From an uncultured virus (IMG/VR IMGVR_UViG_3300025617_000008) (lineage: Duplodnaviria; Heunggongvirae; Uroviricota; Caudoviricetes), in the IMG/VR virus record IMGVR_UViG_3300025617_000008: a stretch of 20,000 bases of DNA; one strand, 5' to 3'. Every line of letters begins with the position of its first letter. Position 1 is the stretch's first letter. Made by a program: the position numbers and the translations under genes. Positions 16,724 through 20,000 of the stretch are shown piece after piece. Below the pieces are notes generated by a model. The model saw nothing but the letters and a program-made list of their open reading frames with translations, was not told where the DNA came from and made no database searches.

Positions 16724-17676
16724 GCTTGATCCAGTGTTAAGCTAACATCCCATTCGTGCTTACATTCTTCGTTGTCGCATGTAGCACGGAAGCTAGCCAT
16801 TTTACCGCTTTTCTGTGATTTACTGATAGCATCATTAATCGTAGTAAACACTGACTTATCAGCTTTTTGTAAAAACTCTTTAATGTACTCCGGATTATCT
16901 GTAGTACCTTGGACACTTTCAATTTTTGTAACACATTGTACAGCAGTATCTAGTGTAAGATCAGTAAGTTTAATGAAACTTTCGTTAAACAGTTTAACTT
17001 TCTCTTCGTCGCCGATACTTTCATCGTTAATAACAGCGAAGATACGTTGATGTTCAAATGTTTTTAGTGCTGTACCGGTAATTTCCTTGTACGTCATTGG
17101 ACGTAAATGAACAACCATGTCGTTATTAATTTCAACAGTTGTAGCAAACTCAATTTCAAGTAAGTTGTCAAGTACATTTCTTAAGTCAACTGATTTATCA
17201 TTAATAGTTTCGCATTTAGGACATCCTGCTGTTACATCCATTTCAACACCGTATGTTGCCATCCTAATTGCTGTTAACACAGCATCAACATCCATGCTTG
17301 GCATTTTCCAAGCATCTTTAATTGATGGGATACAACTCTGAATTACTTCAACAATAGCAGAACCATTCATTAACGCATCTGGCGTTTTGAATAGTAATTC
17401 GTCTCTTGCTGTCATAGCAAAAACTGGATGCTCTCCAGTTTCAGGAGTTTCTATACTTCCAATAGGCCAAAATTTGCCATCGCTTGGAAATTTAACATGA
17501 ATCTTTGGCTGTCTAAAATAGTGTGCCAAAGGGTTACCAGCCGGCCTTGAAGCAACATTTACTGGTGCCTCTTGAGCAGGCGCTTGCGGTACAGGAGTTT
17601 GTCCTGTTCTTGCCGCTTGTTCCGCTTGCGATTGTACAAACGCAGTTGGATCAAATTGATTGTTATTATCAGCCAT
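16693..17676 (-). CDS. Baseplate hub assembly protein / tail assembly chaperone, T4 gp26-like
   Basis: NPLAHYFRQPKIHVKFPSDG..HPVFAMTARDELLFKTPDALMNG..DVDAVLTAIRMATYG..CPKC..LRPMTYKE and a second Cys pair CDNEEC. Divergent from the tape-measure gene. Confidence 0.75.
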   Translation of the reverse strand: MADNNNQFDPTAFVQSQAEQAARTGQTPVPQAPAQEAPVNVASRPAGNPLAHYFRQPKIHVKFPSDGKFWPIGSIETPETGEHPVFAMTARDELLFKTPDALMNGSAIVEVIQSCIPSIKDAWKMPSMDVDAVLTAIRMATYGVEMDVTAGCPKCETINDKSVDLRNVLDNLLEIEFATTVEINNDMVVHLRPMTYKEITGTALKTFEHQRIFAVINDESIGDEEKVKLFNESFIKLTDLTLDTAVQCVTKIESVQGTTDNPEYIKEFLQKADKSVFTTINDAISKSQKSGKMASFRATCDNEECKHEWDVSLTLDQADFFGQGFRS

Positions 17677-17694
17677 TTTTTATTCCTATAAATA
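17672..17694 (+). promoter_or_regulatory. Late promoter TATAAATA (17687-17694) for the tape-measure gene
   Basis: Exact consensus with upstream GCCATTTT at 9-nt spacing. Confidence 0.7.
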
Positions 17695-17708
17695 GTATTG
17701 TATAGAGA

Positions 17709-17731
17709 TATTTATATACGCAGAAAACTGC
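17709..17731 (-). promoter_or_regulatory. Late promoter TATAAATA (17716-17709) for the gp26-like gene
   Basis: Minus strand GCAGTTTTCTGCGTATATAAATA; AGGA SD precedes the ATG at 17676. Confidence 0.7.
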
Positions 17732-17753
17732 TAGTTTTATTCTTGGATAGGTA

Positions 17754-20000
17754 ATGGCAAAAGATACAGTAGAAATACTAGGTGGGCAATTAGACGGAGC
17801 AGTACTCCAAAATGCCGCTTCAGAAGCAACATTAAAAGAACTTGTAGCCGCTATTAGCGGTAATAAAGGCGGTTCTGGCGGAGGCTCAAGCATGTTAGGC
17901 AGAACGCCTGCTGGTATGATAGCGGGCGGTATTGTTGGAGCAGTAGGCGGAGCAGTTAAAGGTGCTGTTAATCAGATAGGTAATGTAACTGGTGCCGCAG
18001 GCGCATTTGCTGGAATGATGCTTAAAGGTGAAGGACGAATCAGTTCTTATACTAAAGTATTAAACAATCAAGTTATTAGTCAGTTACCACTAGTTGGAAG
18101 ATATTTAGGTGCTGTTGGTGGCGCAATTTCAGGTACTATTGAAGAATTTGAAAGATGGAATAAAACCTTACAAAACCTAACAGGGACAGGGGCAACATTT
18201 AATAATTCAATTCTTCAGATGATGCATGCTAGTGCTAGAACTTATATGTCACTAGATCAATTTGAAGCATTTGTATCAAAAAATAATAAAACTCTTGTTG
18301 CTCTCGGTACCACGGTGTCTGAAGGTGCTGTTGCTTTTTCAAATTATTCTTATGAAGTATTAAAAGCCGCAGGCCCAGCAAGAAAGACGCTGATACAAAT
18401 GGGTTATACTGTTCCACAGATCAATCAACAGTTAGCAGATTATCTAGAAAACAACTATCGAGGAACACGCCAAGATAGAATTGATAAGAAATCTCTAGCA
18501 AATTCTTTTGTGGGCTACCAATCTTATGTACACCGTCTAACTGCTTTAACTGGAAAACAGTATGATCAATTAAAATCTGAAATGGAAAGTGTACAAAACG
18601 ATACTGCTTACAAATTAAAACTTAGTAAAATGGATGTTGAATCTAGAGAAAAGATGAATCTAGGTCTTACTAATTTTACAGCTATGTATGGTCCAGAAGC
18701 CGCCAAGATCTACAAAGCGATTGCGCTAGGGCTTAATCCAGCAACAGAAGAAGCTGCACTCTTTCAGATGTTGTTTCCAGATGCTGTTAAAAGTATGAGA
18801 AGCACACTAGCTGACGCTGAAAACGGATTGGTAAAAATTGACCAATTTAAAGCAACTACAGTAAAAGATAGAGCAAGATTACTTGTACATTCAGCTAGAC
18901 AACTTGATGAATTTATGCCTTTACTTAAAGCGGGATCAGCAGGAGTTGCTGAACTTCAAAAAATGCTAGGAGTTAGTAGTGATGTAGCGGCGTTAATTGC
19001 TAGAACAGGTACAGATGTTTCAAAAATGTCTTTAGAAGAAGCTGAAAATATGATTCGAAAGGCGGACCAAGAAGCGGAATCTAGAGAAACATTTACTGAG
19101 ATACTAAGATCTTTTGAAACTGCGATGGGCGACTTTAAAACAGCTTTCTTAGATGTTATGATTGCCGAAGGTGGTCCGTTGGACCTATTTTCAAAAGCAA
19201 TGAAAGGAAAAGATCTTCCTGATAAAATACGAAAATTTGGTAGAGAAATGGGCTACTTTGTTGTTGATACACTGCCACAGCTAACAAAGTTTTTTGCTAA
19301 CTTTGGAACAAGCGAAGGAAGAGAGTATTACCGAACTTCATTAAACAAAATGATGGCCAAGATGGGAGCATACTTGCTTTACTATCTGCCAAAAGTTATT
19401 GGTTTAGATGGAGATGAAGACGAACTAAAAGCTAGTCTAACATCAATTGATACAGTTTACGATAAAAAACTTAAAACCCTAAGAGTACAGTCAGATCAGG
19501 CAGTTACTAAATTAATTTCAAAGCCTGCCCGTTCTGAAGATCCTATGACCTACGGTCCGCAATTACCTGGAGGAAATGTATATCAAGATATTAGTGGAAA
19601 AATTAGAAATCAACCTATATCTGGTACACTAGCACAAATTTTAGCAAAGGCTGCCAAAGAATCTGGTGTAGATGTTACAGTACGAAGCGGCGGCCAGATG
19701 TCTATGAAGGATTGGGAAGCGGCATCAGGTGAGAAAAAAATAACTACCTCGGCCGACGGTACAAAAACATATTACTTAGATGGTAGAGCTGTAAGAACCG
19801 GTAGTATAAGACATGATGCTGGTGATGCGGCTGACTTAGATGTTTATATGGGAGGATCTAATACACCTCTGAGCATTAACGATCCAGCATTTAGAAAGTT
19901 TATCGCCGCGGCTAAAAAGCATGGAATTACCAATATGGGCGCAGGCGACGGCTATATGGAAACCGGCGGCCCGGGAACAAGAATACACATGGGTATTCGC
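17754..20000 (+). CDS. Tape-measure-like tail protein with an M15/LAS Zn-peptidase-like domain; partial (at least 749 aa)
   Basis: Not in the ORF track because it has no stop in the window. MAKDTVEILGGQLDGAVLQNAASEATLKELV..., Gly/Ala-rich then helical. Near the window end: VTVRSGGQ...RTGSIRHDAGDAADL...GAGDGYM...RIHMG (H-x6-D plus distal H). Start, a middle segment and end translated by hand are in the same frame. Confidence 0.75.
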   Translation, partial: MAKDTVEILGGQLDGAVLQNAASEATLKELVAAISGNKGGSGGGSSMLGRTPAGMIAGGIVGAVGGAVKGAVNQIGNVTGAAGAFAGMMLKGEGRISSYTKVLNNQVISQLPLVGRYLGAVGGAISGTIEEFERWNKTLQNLTGTGATFNNSILQMMHASARTYMSLDQFEAFVSKNNKTLVALGTTVSEGAVAFSNYSYEVLKAAGPARKTLIQMGYTVPQINQQLADYLENNYRGTRQDRIDKKSLANSFVGYQSYVHRLTALTGKQYDQLKSEMESVQNDTAYKLKLSKMDVESREKMNLGLTNFTAMYGPEAAKIYKAIALGLNPATEEAALFQMLFPDAVKSMRSTLADAENGLVKIDQFKATTVKDRARLLVHSARQLDEFMPLLKAGSAGVAELQKMLGVSSDVAALIARTGTDVSKMSLEEAENMIRKADQEAESRETFTEILRSFETAMGDFKTAFLDVMIAEGGPLDLFSKAMKGKDLPDKIRKFGREMGYFVVDTLPQLTKFFANFGTSEGREYYRTSLNKMMAKMGAYLLYYLPKVIGLDGDEDELKASLTSIDTVYDKKLKTLRVQSDQAVTKLISKPARSEDPMTYGPQLPGGNVYQDISGKIRNQPISGTLAQILAKAAKESGVDVTVRSGGQMSMKDWEAASGEKKITTSADGTKTYYLDGRAVRTGSIRHDAGDAADLDVYMGGSNTPLSINDPAFRKFIAAAKKHGITNMGAGDGYMETGGPGTRIHMGIR

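Noticed and set aside
290..18417. Many short ORFs (60-111 aa) in the ORF track that lie antisense or out of frame within long genes
   Set aside because: They are shadows of well-supported genes, with no ribosome-binding sites or recognisable motifs.
1..20000. Stop-codon reassignment, or a bacterial contractile injection system / T6SS locus
   Set aside because: Genes end normally at TAA, TAG and TGA with dense coding. gp55, gp46/47 and late promoters indicate a lytic T4-like phage.

Overview
AT-rich segment of a large T4-superfamily-like myophage genome using the standard genetic code. The left half (1-10234, minus strand) is a tightly coupled baseplate operon: tail-tube-initiator-like, gp53/LysM-like, hub, gp5-like spike, gp25, gp6-like wedge and the start of a large wedge protein. 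The middle (plus strand) holds a gp55-like late sigma factor, gp47/gp46 (Mre11/Rad50-type) recombination nuclease, an Hc1-like basic protein and a short stand-alone GIY-YIG nuclease. These are followed by a ~540-nt non-coding interval, of which ~400 nt looks like a complex structured RNA with three repeated modules. The right part has a late 421-aa protein, a gp26-like chaperone apparently joined to a 58-aa ORF by a -1 ribosomal frameshift, and a tape-measure-like gene with an M15/LAS peptidase-like domain. The best candidates for new biology are (1) the GIY-YIG plus large structured RNA pair, (2) the frameshift cassette (slippery heptamer, 6-nt spacer, perfect 8-bp stem) and (3) a bipartite late-promoter motif, GC-N6-N9/10-TAAATA. 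All protein calls come from motif recognition and gene order; no database search was run.
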